This document shows, piece after piece, positions 35,841 to 45,405 of a DNA stretch of 64,000 nucleotides (its first letter is position 1; every line of letters starts with the position of its first letter). Below the pieces are notes generated by a model, which had not been told where the DNA came from, ran no database searches, and saw only the letters and a program-made list of their open reading frames with translations. The stretch is from a virus. The DNA lies in IMG/VR virus record IMGVR_UViG_3300035198_000053, positions 1-64,000 of that record. The stretch is one strand, 5' to 3'. The translations under genes were made by a program, and so were the position numbers.

Positions 35841-38214
35841 GCACAAAATATACCAGAGTGAAATTAAGGAATCGGACCCAACGGAATTAAGCATCACACA
35901 CTTCATAAGCACTGAAAAACGTGATAGAGGTAATGACATCTTGATGGCGACAAAAAACGAGAAGGGGCGGGGAATGGTGCTTGAGGGTCGAGTTGTGGTC
36001 CTGTTTAATCATGGCTGGTCTAACATTGGGATGGAGGCTATCGCCAAACCAGCATGGATAAAACCGGGAGAATTCAAAGGAAACAAAGGGATAATGGCGA
36101 AAACTGTTTTCTACGACGACAAGGCCGGACGAGGCCGAGAGCTATGGGATAAAGCGAGCAAAGGCTTCCTTGTTAATTGGTCCGTTGGTTGGAGGCCATT
36201 AATTTGGGATATTAGGAAGGAAACTGATGGCAGTGAGACAAGAGTGGTTTATGAATGGGATTGCGTGGAATATAGTTTATTGGGCGGGGTGCCTATGAAC
36301 CCCGATGCACAAAATATTAATGCCATGACAGACGGCCTCAGCTTCAAATTCCTCCCCTGCATCTGCGGCACTCCCTGCAAGGAGGGCGAGGCCTGCCAGT
36401 ATGAGAAGTACGGCGACATCATAGCCTGGAAGAATCAGGATGGTGCATGGGAAGAGAAACCGTATCCATCTGAACATAGTTGCCGGTTGGAATCTCCTGA
36501 AAAATTTATCCGCATCCGCCGCCAGAACGACAAGTTCGGCAAGGGCATCCACGCGATTTGGGGCGTCCAGGGAGGTGGAAAGCCGGTCGAACTGCAGGCG
36601 ATCCGATTCAGCAAGGACAAGTTCACCACTAAGGAGGCCCGCGCCTGGCTGAAGAATCACGATTACAAGTGCATGATGTTCGAGCCCGCCTCCGAGAAGT
36701 GCGAGAAGTGCGGGAAACTGATGCTAATCAAATGGGATCAGGACGTCAGCGGGGAGAAGTGCGGCCTCACCTGCGAGGCCGAGTTCTCCTATGTTCACGA
36801 TGGAGAGTGCAAGGACGGGGATGGCGTGGAGAAGAAGGGGGCCATCCCCTACAAGAAGACCCCGCTTGCCCCGGAGGGGGAAAAGTGGAATGCGGGTGCG
36901 GAGGTTAGGAAAGCCGACACGGCCGCCCTCAAGATAATGTGCGCGTGGTACGATTCCGACAATCCGGATGTCAAGGGGTCATACAAACTTCCTCACCACA
37001 AGGGGGACGGGGAACACGCCTGCGTATGGAACGGGGTCCGAGGAGCCGCGGCGGTCATAATGGGGGCAAGGGGCGGGGCTGATATCCCGGCGGGGGATCT
37101 CGGCAGGGTCCGCGCCCATATCGCGGGGCACTACAAGGATTTCGACAAAGGTGATCCGCCGTGGAAGGGCAAGGACGGAGAGGCATTCCTTGAGGCAACG
37201 GAGATCTTGTTCAGAGGCGGGAAGGAAAAGATGGACGATCCGAAGGTCAGGGAGGCATTCGGGAAATCGATCCACGGATTGAGTCTTCATTTCCTCCCGG
37301 ACCTGGCAGAGTTCTTCGCTCCAGAGATGAAGCAGACGGAGGATGAATGGGCCCCCGACCCCTGCTCCGACGAGGACGTGTCTTTCATGATGGTTGATGC
37401 CGACAAGGTCCGCGAGGAGAACGGGACCGAGGATTTCGCCCACGGAGGCCACCACTACACCTTCGACTTCATCCCGGAACCAGAGATCTGGGTAGACCAG
37501 CGGATGACCGATGAGGACATCATGCAGGCCAAGACATCCCTTTTCTCCGAGCGCCAGTGCATGAAATACTGCGGAACGGACTGCCAGGTGGGAGGGGAGA
37601 CGGGATCAATAGGCGGGAAGGTCATGCGCCACATGATGGACCCAAATGCAGACAATGGGGGGAACCACGACGAGCAGGACCATCACTGGTACGAGCACGG
37701 CGGAAACCACTTTCATGCGAGGGGAATGACGTATCGGTACAATCCGGGAAGCGGGCTATACGAGACACATGCCATGCCCAACGGGGAAACCATTCCAAAA
37801 GATAAGGCGGAATTCTTCGCCAAGGATGTAGACGAGGCCGTAAAATCCGTCATCGCCAAGTACGCGCCCGGGAAACCGGGACCGGACGCCGAAGGGAAGG
37901 ACGGGAAATTGTGCGGAGACCCCCCGGAGCACTTCGTCCTGAAGTGCAAGGTTTGCGGGAAGGTCATGGACTCTTGCAGGTGCGATGCCGAAGACAAGAC
38001 GGTTAAGTTTGACGTCTGCGAGGACTGCAAGAGAAAGGAGTCTGAACCCACACAGATAGCCGTCATCAACAGTGTCGAGGATGAGAAAAAGGCCCTCGCC
38101 GAGATGTCGAGACAGCTATCTAAGCAGTTGACCGATTTCGGCAAGGGATTTACAGACGACATGCGTGCGCTGGTGAGGGCAGAGATCAGAAAGGTCACCG
38201 GCAAGGTGGATTGA
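35827..38214 (+). CDS. HK97-type prohead protease with long C-terminal accessory and scaffold domains
   Basis: STEKRDRGNDI, VLFNH, WSVGW, EYSL...PMNPDA. Confidence 0.88.
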   Translation: MNPIEHKIYQSEIKESDPTELSITHFISTEKRDRGNDILMATKNEKGRGMVLEGRVVVLFNHGWSNIGMEAIAKPAWIKPGEFKGNKGIMAKTVFYDDKAGRGRELWDKASKGFLVNWSVGWRPLIWDIRKETDGSETRVVYEWDCVEYSLLGGVPMNPDAQNINAMTDGLSFKFLPCICGTPCKEGEACQYEKYGDIIAWKNQDGAWEEKPYPSEHSCRLESPEKFIRIRRQNDKFGKGIHAIWGVQGGGKPVELQAIRFSKDKFTTKEARAWLKNHDYKCMMFEPASEKCEKCGKLMLIKWDQDVSGEKCGLTCEAEFSYVHDGECKDGDGVEKKGAIPYKKTPLAPEGEKWNAGAEVRKADTAALKIMCAWYDSDNPDVKGSYKLPHHKGDGEHACVWNGVRGAAAVIMGARGGADIPAGDLGRVRAHIAGHYKDFDKGDPPWKGKDGEAFLEATEILFRGGKEKMDDPKVREAFGKSIHGLSLHFLPDLAEFFAPEMKQTEDEWAPDPCSDEDVSFMMVDADKVREENGTEDFAHGGHHYTFDFIPEPEIWVDQRMTDEDIMQAKTSLFSERQCMKYCGTDCQVGGETGSIGGKVMRHMMDPNADNGGNHDEQDHHWYEHGGNHFHARGMTYRYNPGSGLYETHAMPNGETIPKDKAEFFAKDVDEAVKSVIAKYAPGKPGPDAEGKDGKLCGDPPEHFVLKCKVCGKVMDSCRCDAEDKTVKFDVCEDCKRKESEPTQIAVINSVEDEKKALAEMSRQLSKQLTDFGKGFTDDMRALVRAEIRKVTGKVD

Positions 38215-38258
38215 CATTAATCCCCGGTCCTGACGGGGGGATTTTCGAGCCTTAAAAG

Positions 38259-38294
38259 AACCGCAGTTCCGATCCTCGAATATGCGGTTTTTTT
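38259..38294 (+). terminator. terminator-like hairpin before the capsid gene
   Basis: aaccgca...tgcggtt plus T run; a second hairpin at 38219-38243. Confidence 0.55.
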
Positions 38295-38340
38295 GTGCCC
38301 GGAAAACGAGGACAAACCAAAAAAACAAGGAGGAGATCTT

Positions 38341-39687
38341 ATGGATCCCATGAACGTTGATGTCAAGAAGAAAGAAGACGGCACCTTTTATTTCGACATG
38401 GCTGCCGTTGCGGAACACTTGAAGAACGGCACGCTCGGCGCTATCAGGGCCGAGATGAAAGACGCCCTCGAGGCGGAGAAGCGGAAGATATTCCCCACAA
38501 GCGCAGACGGGAAGGTCCTGGAGACCGCAACCGGATCGATCATCGACACATCTTTCTTCAACCGCAAGACCTATGGGGAGCGGAAGGCGGAGTCGCTCGA
38601 CGGATTCGAGCTCGGCCAGAGGATGAGGGCCTCGGGAGGCCCCTTCATCAAGTTGTCCCCCGCGATGGAGAAGTTCGCGGAAATGGTTAGGATCGGATTC
38701 GATGGCGGCAGGATGAACGCCAAAGGCGTCAATCTCAACGACTACAACAAGGAAATGATGGAGTGGAACCAGAAGACGGCGGCCTATAGCCTCACCACGA
38801 CCGATGTGGGAGCCCTCGTTCCCATTGAGTTTTTGGCCACGGTCATCGAGTTCGCCATCCAGGCGTCGCAGATCCTGCCCAAACTGTGGAGGATTCCGAT
38901 GGGCTCCATGACGACCAGGATCCCCGTCCTCTCTCAGAGCGCTGGGTCATATTTCGGCGGTATCATCCTCTACCATCCGGACGAGGCAGAGCTGAAAGTC
39001 GCCACGAAGCCTGCGTTCAGCTACAAGACCTTTACCGCGCACAAAACCATCGGTTTGTGCCCGCTGACCGACGAGCTCGTGATGGACAGCGCGATCAACA
39101 TCATCAATTACATCACGGGACTCTTCACCCGCGCCATCCAGTACTACACGGAGCGCGAGGTGATCAACGGCGAGGGGACCGGCGGACAGATGCTCGGCAT
39201 CGTCAATGACCCCGGCGTCAACTTCGTGGACCGCACGACAGGGTCCAACGCCGACTACTCCAAGAACGACGTCAAGGCGGACGACGTGATCAACCTGGAA
39301 TCCGCGATCGACGAGAATATCCAAGACCTCACCTACATCCTGAGAAGGCTCACCCTCAACAAACTCCGGCTGCAGAAGACCACGGGCGGCGCTCCGGTTT
39401 ACTACGACACCACGGTCCAGGGGTTGACGGTCCCCATCGGTCCGATGTTGAATGGGTATCCGGCGATCAGGACGCGCAACGCACCCGCCCTCGGGCACCA
39501 GGGCGACATCATCTGCGGGGATCTGGGGTTCTACATCTGGGCCCTGCGGCAGGACATTACCATCGAGATGTCCAAAGAGAGGTATTTCGAGTACGACATG
39601 ACGGCGCTGAGGTTCGTCATGAGGCAGGACGGGAAGCCGGGCGTTCCGGAAGCTTTCTCCATCCTGCAGGGACCTCCGCAGTCATAA
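38341..39687 (+). CDS. major capsid protein (HK97 fold)
   Basis: GALVPIEF, ELVMDS, VINGEGT..MLGI, GDLGFY, FEYDMTALRF.MRQDG. Confidence 0.93.
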   Translation: MDPMNVDVKKKEDGTFYFDMAAVAEHLKNGTLGAIRAEMKDALEAEKRKIFPTSADGKVLETATGSIIDTSFFNRKTYGERKAESLDGFELGQRMRASGGPFIKLSPAMEKFAEMVRIGFDGGRMNAKGVNLNDYNKEMMEWNQKTAAYSLTTTDVGALVPIEFLATVIEFAIQASQILPKLWRIPMGSMTTRIPVLSQSAGSYFGGIILYHPDEAELKVATKPAFSYKTFTAHKTIGLCPLTDELVMDSAINIINYITGLFTRAIQYYTEREVINGEGTGGQMLGIVNDPGVNFVDRTTGSNADYSKNDVKADDVINLESAIDENIQDLTYILRRLTLNKLRLQKTTGGAPVYYDTTVQGLTVPIGPMLNGYPAIRTRNAPALGHQGDIICGDLGFYIWALRQDITIEMSKERYFEYDMTALRFVMRQDGKPGVPEAFSILQGPPQS

Positions 39688-39772
39688 GGGTTTTCTTCCA
39701 CCCCACTCCTTTTTCCATAGCACCTTGGCCGTAGATAAGGTTAAACGGCCAAATATTCACGAATGGGATGCA

Positions 39773-40894
39773 ATGGACATTAACGATTTCGTCCTCACCG
39801 ACGACAAAGCCATGGTCCTGGTCGAGTACCTTTTGCCCGGGTATAACAACCAGAAGTCCTATGTTGGAGTGGACCGCGCGCTCAAAGGGCAGGCGATCGG
39901 GAAATGGAAACTCGTTCCAAGGCCGGACAAAAGGGACAAATACGAGACGCGCATGATGACCGCCAGCGGGGTGCCAGACGCGCTGACCCGCGACGACATG
40001 CTAGGGAAGCAGACCTACGAGACGAAGAGCCTAAAAAAAAAGCGGATAGCATGGGTGGAGGACTCATGGGTTATCGGAGGGGCGGAGATCTCGGGCCAAA
40101 CCATGACTAGAATCGGTGAGGAGTGCGGCTTCGAGATAGAGCGCGTCACCGGCAAGACCGATACTATGTTAATAGGGGAGATACTATCGGGGAGCGACCT
40201 GATAGTGCTCAACAACGTATGGGGTTTCTCGCAGGAGCAGATGGCGAAGATATTGACCGCCATCGAAAGGGTGCCCTATGTCAAGTACGAGCACGACCAC
40301 AGGGAGATCGAGCACAGGCGGGACATTTCGGAAAAGCTATTCAGGGGGTCGGTCCTCAACTTTTTTTTATCTCCCATTCACATGTCGAATCACATGGAGA
40401 CGTTTCAAATCCAGGGTATTTGTCTTCCTCTTGCGATCGACGTTGAGATTTTTCGTCCGGTGGCAGGTGTTGAAAGAAAGATGGGCACAGCTCTAGTCTG
40501 CAATGTAAGAGGATGGAAGACCTGGAAAACGCTAAAGGAGTTCATCGACAGCCATCCGGAGATTCATTTTGATATCCTCTCCAAGGGAGAACTCATCACC
40601 GGACCGAATGTAACCAGCATTCCGATGGTCCCATATGAGGAGATGCCGAAGCTCTATTCCGCGCACGAATGGCTTGTCCACATGCTCGACGGATGGGGTG
40701 CGGGGGAGCGCGTGGTGTTCGAGGCGGCCCTCTGCGGCTGCCGCGTGATAGCCAACGAACGCGTTGGTCATATGTCCTGGGGCAAAGATTTGACCGACGT
40801 TAAAGGATTGCGGGAATGGCTGAGGGCTGCCCCTTATCTTTTCTGGCGCGAGGTCGACCGGCTGACAAAGCAGACAGAGGCGAAGGCGGCATGA
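39773..40894 (+). CDS. GT4-like glycosyltransferase
   Basis: GGAE, HD motif, EMPKLY, ERVVFEAALCGC. Confidence 0.8.
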   Translation: MDINDFVLTDDKAMVLVEYLLPGYNNQKSYVGVDRALKGQAIGKWKLVPRPDKRDKYETRMMTASGVPDALTRDDMLGKQTYETKSLKKKRIAWVEDSWVIGGAEISGQTMTRIGEECGFEIERVTGKTDTMLIGEILSGSDLIVLNNVWGFSQEQMAKILTAIERVPYVKYEHDHREIEHRRDISEKLFRGSVLNFFLSPIHMSNHMETFQIQGICLPLAIDVEIFRPVAGVERKMGTALVCNVRGWKTWKTLKEFIDSHPEIHFDILSKGELITGPNVTSIPMVPYEEMPKLYSAHEWLVHMLDGWGAGERVVFEAALCGCRVIANERVGHMSWGKDLTDVKGLREWLRAAPYLFWREVDRLTKQTEAKAA

Positions 40895-41514
40895 TGGAAT
40901 CCAGGCTCGACTACTGGGAGAACCGATACAGGAAGCAGGGATTAAAGACTGTGGGGTGTTGCTCCTTTTCTGAATCCCAGTTTCAAGCTAAGACGGGTGC
41001 CGTCATGGATATGATCCGCCCCACGCTTGAGCCGATATTCCGGGGGAAGACAGTTTTGGATTTCGGGTGCGGATGGGGCAGACTAAGCAAGATGCTTTTT
41101 GCCTTCTGCCACTCCGTCTACGGGATAGATATCTCCCCGTGGGCTATCAGGCAGGCCAAAAACCACTCACCCGGCTGTGACTTCCGGGACTATGACGGGG
41201 AACATATACCCTTTGGAGACGGTTGCTTTGAGGGTTGCCTATCATGGACGGTTTTGCAGCACGTCCCCCCGGAACAGATCGGGAAGACATGCGGGGAGAT
41301 TTCGCGCGTCCTCGGCAAAGACGCCCATCTTGTTATTTATGAGAATGTATCGACTTGGTGCGAGGATATGACACATGTCTGGTTCAGAAGGCCGAAGGAC
41401 TACATGATGCTGTTCGAACAATTCCGGGTTGAACGGGAAACCATTGTCAAGGACTTCGACGGAACCGGGGAAAACCATGTTTTGATGGTCCTCAGAAGGG
41501 GGGATGGGAAATGA
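40891..41514 (+). CDS. class I SAM-dependent methyltransferase
   Basis: YWENRY, VLDFGCGWGR, GIDIS, TVLQHV. Confidence 0.9.
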   Translation: MMESRLDYWENRYRKQGLKTVGCCSFSESQFQAKTGAVMDMIRPTLEPIFRGKTVLDFGCGWGRLSKMLFAFCHSVYGIDISPWAIRQAKNHSPGCDFRDYDGEHIPFGDGCFEGCLSWTVLQHVPPEQIGKTCGEISRVLGKDAHLVIYENVSTWCEDMTHVWFRRPKDYMMLFEQFRVERETIVKDFDGTGENHVLMVLRRGDGK

Positions 41515-42263
41515 AAAGGTGGATTGCGGTAGTTTTAATGATTCTGGTTTGGACTTCATTTTCTTACGCGGTATCCCAAGACGGTTTCGTGCTCAACATA
41601 GTTCATGATGCCCAATTCTCGAAGGAGATCTCCGGACAGGTATTCTTACCCTTCCAGACCGAGTACAAGATAAGGCTCAAGAACGCGCACAATTTGAGAG
41701 CCGTTGCCTCGGTCACCGTGGACGGCAGGCCGGTAAGCAACCTCGGAGATATCGTGATCCCCGCCAATGGAGAGTTAAGCATTGAACGATTCCTTAACGA
41801 GTCCTTGTCGGAAGGCAGGCGATTTAAGTTCGTACCATTGAGTGATCCACAGGTAGATGATCCCTATAGTAATGATAACGGCATCATCAAAGTGAAGTTC
41901 AGACTTGAGAAGAAGATTCCACCTCCTATCTATTGGATTGTGCCAGATAATCCAAAATTTAAAATTAATGAGAATTTCCCCTCTACATTGCCTCTGGCAT
42001 CTTTAACTACCGGCACCCCTAACTCTTCTTTGACTACCGGGACCGTTGATTCTTTTGCAACCGGAGAATTCAATAGCGGAATTACAAATACGAACTGCTC
42101 TGCATGCGGAGCCACTATCGGCGGGAGTATTTCAAATCAAGCGTTCCATGAAGTGAGTCTCGACATTGACGACCAGATTACGATTTTGGAGCTGAGGATA
42201 TTGGGGATAAGCCATACCAGTTTTATAAGGCGGTTTGATGGTACGGGAATAATGCAATGGTAA
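41511..42263 (+). CDS. signal-peptide-bearing phage hypothetical protein
   Basis: Signal peptide ending SYA; EYKIRLKN...IERFL...RFKF. Confidence 0.65.
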   Translation: MKRWIAVVLMILVWTSFSYAVSQDGFVLNIVHDAQFSKEISGQVFLPFQTEYKIRLKNAHNLRAVASVTVDGRPVSNLGDIVIPANGELSIERFLNESLSEGRRFKFVPLSDPQVDDPYSNDNGIIKVKFRLEKKIPPPIYWIVPDNPKFKINENFPSTLPLASLTTGTPNSSLTTGTVDSFATGEFNSGITNTNCSACGATIGGSISNQAFHEVSLDIDDQITILELRILGISHTSFIRRFDGTGIMQW

Positions 42264-42934
42264 AGAATATCGTTGCCATTGGCGGGGCCGTGATTAAAAC
42301 GGCCTGGAATGAAATCAGAAATCTCGCCAGTAATGGTGCTTTTGACGTGCTGATCCACAACGGGGCCTCCCTGTTCCATGACTTCCAAAGGGCCACGGAG
42401 GAGTTGCCGGGCCACTCATATTCGCTGGCCGACCTTTTGGAGGATTATCGAAAGGACGAAGCAGCCAGCCTGTTGGTGTGGGAGTTTCTAAGGGAGAACG
42501 CAAGAGCTCCAAAGGACAGTCTAACCCGGATCTGCGAAGACCAGGGGATAAACGTTCTCTTGGCGGTCGCACTTGGGACGGACTTCTGGCATCTGTTCGA
42601 CCAGGATTGGGGGCTGATAGCCCGGCGATGTCGAAACGATTTTCTAGGCCTGATCGAACATATGGGGACCCCATTCAAGTTTTTTTGCCTGGGCTCAGCG
42701 GTGATCCATCCGGAGCTGTTCGCCAAGGCGCTTGCGGTCGCAAAATCGGAACAGTTCACGACCGTGGTGGTGGATTTCAGGGAGATGTACCGCCCGAGAT
42801 CGCGGGTTGCAGTCTATGGGCAGTACCTTCTCATGGAACACAAGGAATTCCTCAACTCCTGGATCGAATCGCGCAAGAGGGAAAGGAATGAAGCGGACAA
42901 AGCAGAGACGCAAGCCCATAGACCGACGCTTTGA
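42257..42934 (+). CDS. deoxyhypusine-synthase-like (GSU2086-type) protein
   Basis: NGASLFHDFQ, LGTDFWH, GSAVIHPELFAKAL, DF...YRP. Confidence 0.6.
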   Translation: MVKNIVAIGGAVIKTAWNEIRNLASNGAFDVLIHNGASLFHDFQRATEELPGHSYSLADLLEDYRKDEAASLLVWEFLRENARAPKDSLTRICEDQGINVLLAVALGTDFWHLFDQDWGLIARRCRNDFLGLIEHMGTPFKFFCLGSAVIHPELFAKALAVAKSEQFTTVVVDFREMYRPRSRVAVYGQYLLMEHKEFLNSWIESRKRERNEADKAETQAHRPTL

Positions 42935-43037
42935 CAAGCGCGCCATGGAGCAGGCGTGGCTGAAATCCTTCGAGCAGAACTACAAGAAGAAAGAGCCGTT
43001 CGTGCCGAGATTCCAGGAGGGGACGGGGGATGGATGA
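42888..43037 (+). CDS. small basic hypothetical protein
   Basis: RBS plus ATG; coupled to the next gene. Confidence 0.4.
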   Translation: MKRTKQRRKPIDRRFDKRAMEQAWLKSFEQNYKKKEPFVPRFQEGTGDG

Positions 43038-43711
43038 ACTACCACATCGTCAAGCTGTATTTTAAGCGCGAGTCGGGCGTGACCGACGAGTGGATAGCAA
43101 AACGCATAGACTTCTTTACGCGATACACCTTGAGGAGTCTGCAAAGGCAGACCTTCACCGACTTCTCGCTGTGGATATGGTGCCAACCCGGGATGGAGCA
43201 GGCCATGAAACCGCTAGTCCGCTTTTTGCCGAAAGATGGGGTGATGACGTTCGGGCAGCATTTCACGGAAAAGGCGCCGATGCCGGTCTTCCACAGGCTC
43301 AATGAATCCGATCATGTCTATGTCACGCGCATAGACTCTGACGATCTTTACAGGGCCGATGCCATGCAGATCATCTCCGACCAGCAGCCCATTGACCGTT
43401 CAAGGATAGAGTGCGCGATGTTCAGGTGGGGGTATTTGTACGAGCTAAAGACGGAGCGCGTCGGAACGTATTTCAAACACAGCACGCCCTTTCACTGCGT
43501 CATGTGGCCGGCAGACATCTTCTGCAATAGGGAAAAGCACGACGAGGCGTTCTGCGGGGACCACGCGAGGGTGAAGGACGCCTACCCGACGAGGTTCCTG
43601 CCAGATTGGAAATTCTGCGTCCTCGTGCACGGGGATAACTTCAGCTCGACGTTCGATTCTCTGGTACAGAAGCGGTACAGGGACGACTTCGACCTGATGG
43701 AGTTTATGTGA
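43034..43711 (+). CDS. GT-A fold (putative rhamnosyltransferase-like) glycosyltransferase
   Basis: FTRYTLRSLQRQTFTDF, TRIDSDD, VHGDN. Confidence 0.75.
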   Translation: MNYHIVKLYFKRESGVTDEWIAKRIDFFTRYTLRSLQRQTFTDFSLWIWCQPGMEQAMKPLVRFLPKDGVMTFGQHFTEKAPMPVFHRLNESDHVYVTRIDSDDLYRADAMQIISDQQPIDRSRIECAMFRWGYLYELKTERVGTYFKHSTPFHCVMWPADIFCNREKHDEAFCGDHARVKDAYPTRFLPDWKFCVLVHGDNFSSTFDSLVQKRYRDDFDLMEFM

Positions 43712-44268
43712 TGGACAAGCCGGTGATATTCGATGTGGATGACTTTTGCGACATGTGGGAATGTCTGACGGACATTGAGATATTGAAGCACACATATCCC
43801 AACTTCAAAGCAACATTGTTCACGATCCCATTCAGGACGAGCCCGGCGATGCTGCTCAGGGTCAAGAAGCTGGGATACGTCGAACTTGCCGTCCACGGAT
43901 TTCTGCACAGTCCGAACCTCATGGAGATGCTCGGTCTGGAGAAGTGGCAGATCGTCGAACTCTTCAAGAAGGTGGACTTCAGGTTCTACTGCCATGGATT
44001 CCGACCTCCGGGCTGGCACATGAACCAAACCGTTGTAGATGCCTGCAATGAGGCCGGTCTGTGGGTGGCCATGCATAGGAACGATAGGAAACTCGCCGCG
44101 AAGTGCATCCACGGGTACTATATCGCGGAGGACAAGTACCCATGCTGGCACGGGCATACGCACAATGTCTGCAACAACTGGATACGGAAGGCCATCCCCG
44201 ATCTCGTCAAGAGGTGGCCGCAGGACCAGGAGTTCATGTTCGTAAGCGAGGCGGTGCAGAAGACATGA
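43708..44268 (+). CDS. polysaccharide-deacetylase-like protein
   Basis: FDVDDF, TLFTIP, LAVHGFLH, GFRPPGW, HGH. Confidence 0.75.
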   Translation: MMDKPVIFDVDDFCDMWECLTDIEILKHTYPNFKATLFTIPFRTSPAMLLRVKKLGYVELAVHGFLHSPNLMEMLGLEKWQIVELFKKVDFRFYCHGFRPPGWHMNQTVVDACNEAGLWVAMHRNDRKLAAKCIHGYYIAEDKYPCWHGHTHNVCNNWIRKAIPDLVKRWPQDQEFMFVSEAVQKT

Positions 44269-44323
44269 CGGGAGAACTCGACAAAATGATCTTTCACACT
44301 GCTATTATACGCCGCTGAAAGGC

Positions 44324-44479
44324 ATGATAAGATTTTTCGTGAACAAAGAAGATCTTTGGAAAGAGGCAACTCTCAAACTTGCAGTCCTTAATAAGCTGAT
44401 TGAAGTGAAATGCGAGAAGTGCGGCGGAAAGATGTATAAGGTTGCGATACACCGCTGCTTTTCATGCGAGGCCAAATGA
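44324..44479 (+). CDS. 51-aa zinc-ribbon protein
   Basis: CEKCGG...CFSC; coupled to the next gene. Confidence 0.5.
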   Translation: MIRFFVNKEDLWKEATLKLAVLNKLIEVKCEKCGGKMYKVAIHRCFSCEAK

Positions 44480-44676
44480 GCAAGGTCTATATGGGTGAAC
44501 ACAGTTACGGGAAGATCAAGATCCTGACTCACAACGGTGGCCGCAATGTGTATGTGGGGGAATATACGTCCATAGGTGATGGCGTTGTCGTGGCGGCAGG
44601 CGCGATCCTCACAAAGAATCCCGAACCATATGAGATATGGGGCGGCAATCCGGCCATACGTATAGGCGTAAGATGA
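44476..44676 (+). pseudogene. internally deleted CatB-type (left-handed beta-helix) O-acetyltransferase
   Basis: MGEHSYG...GEYTSIG joined to DGVVVAAGAILTK...PYEIWGGNPA; only 66 aa. Confidence 0.65.
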
Positions 44677-45404
44677 TAGATGTGATCCTGACCACCTATA
44701 ACCGGCTTCCCTTGCTGAAGCGGACTGTGGACTCCCTTGTCAAGAATACCACGGATTTCCGCCTGTTCATCAACGACGATTGCTCCGAGGATGACACAAG
44801 GGATTATCTGTTGAAATTGGAGGCGAGAGAAATCGCCAAAATAATCTTGAACGGGCAGAGGAAGGGCGTCGTCCCGGGCTTCAATGCGCTGTGGGAAATG
44901 GTAGAGCATAGCGACAGCGAGTATGTCTGCTATCTCCAGGACGACATGCTAGTCAACTCCTACGGATGGTTGGACGTGCTGACGGGGATCCACAAGGAGA
45001 TATCCGGGACGCTGTCGGTGGGATTTGCGTCCGGGTACGACGCGAGAGAGCATCCGGAAATCACGAGGATACAGTGGGCAGGGAGGGAGGTCCTGTTCAA
45101 AAACAGCACGTCTGCCACAAATCTGATCGCGACGAAACATTTTTGGAGGTCTCTCGGGCTTCCGATCCCCCTTCTGAATCCCAATGGGAGACTGAGAGGG
45201 TTCCCGAACGACGGCCACGGGTCGAACATAGACGTTTACCTGACCGGGTGCATCAGCATGTCGAGGGTCAGCCGGAGGGATTCCTCCCCCACGTCCTCCT
45301 ACAAGCAGGGGAAGGTTGTCATGGTGATACCGGGGCTTTTGGAGCATCTCGGGGCGGCAAGGCAGTTCTCCTCGTGGAGGCAGAACAGGGCGAGCGGGTT
45401 CTGA
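44673..45404 (+). CDS. GT2 glycosyltransferase
   Basis: TTYNR, INDDCSED, YLQDD. Confidence 0.88.
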   Translation: MIDVILTTYNRLPLLKRTVDSLVKNTTDFRLFINDDCSEDDTRDYLLKLEAREIAKIILNGQRKGVVPGFNALWEMVEHSDSEYVCYLQDDMLVNSYGWLDVLTGIHKEISGTLSVGFASGYDAREHPEITRIQWAGREVLFKNSTSATNLIATKHFWRSLGLPIPLLNPNGRLRGFPNDGHGSNIDVYLTGCISMSRVSRRDSSPTSSYKQGKVVMVIPGLLEHLGAARQFSSWRQNRASGF

Positions 45405-45405
45405 C

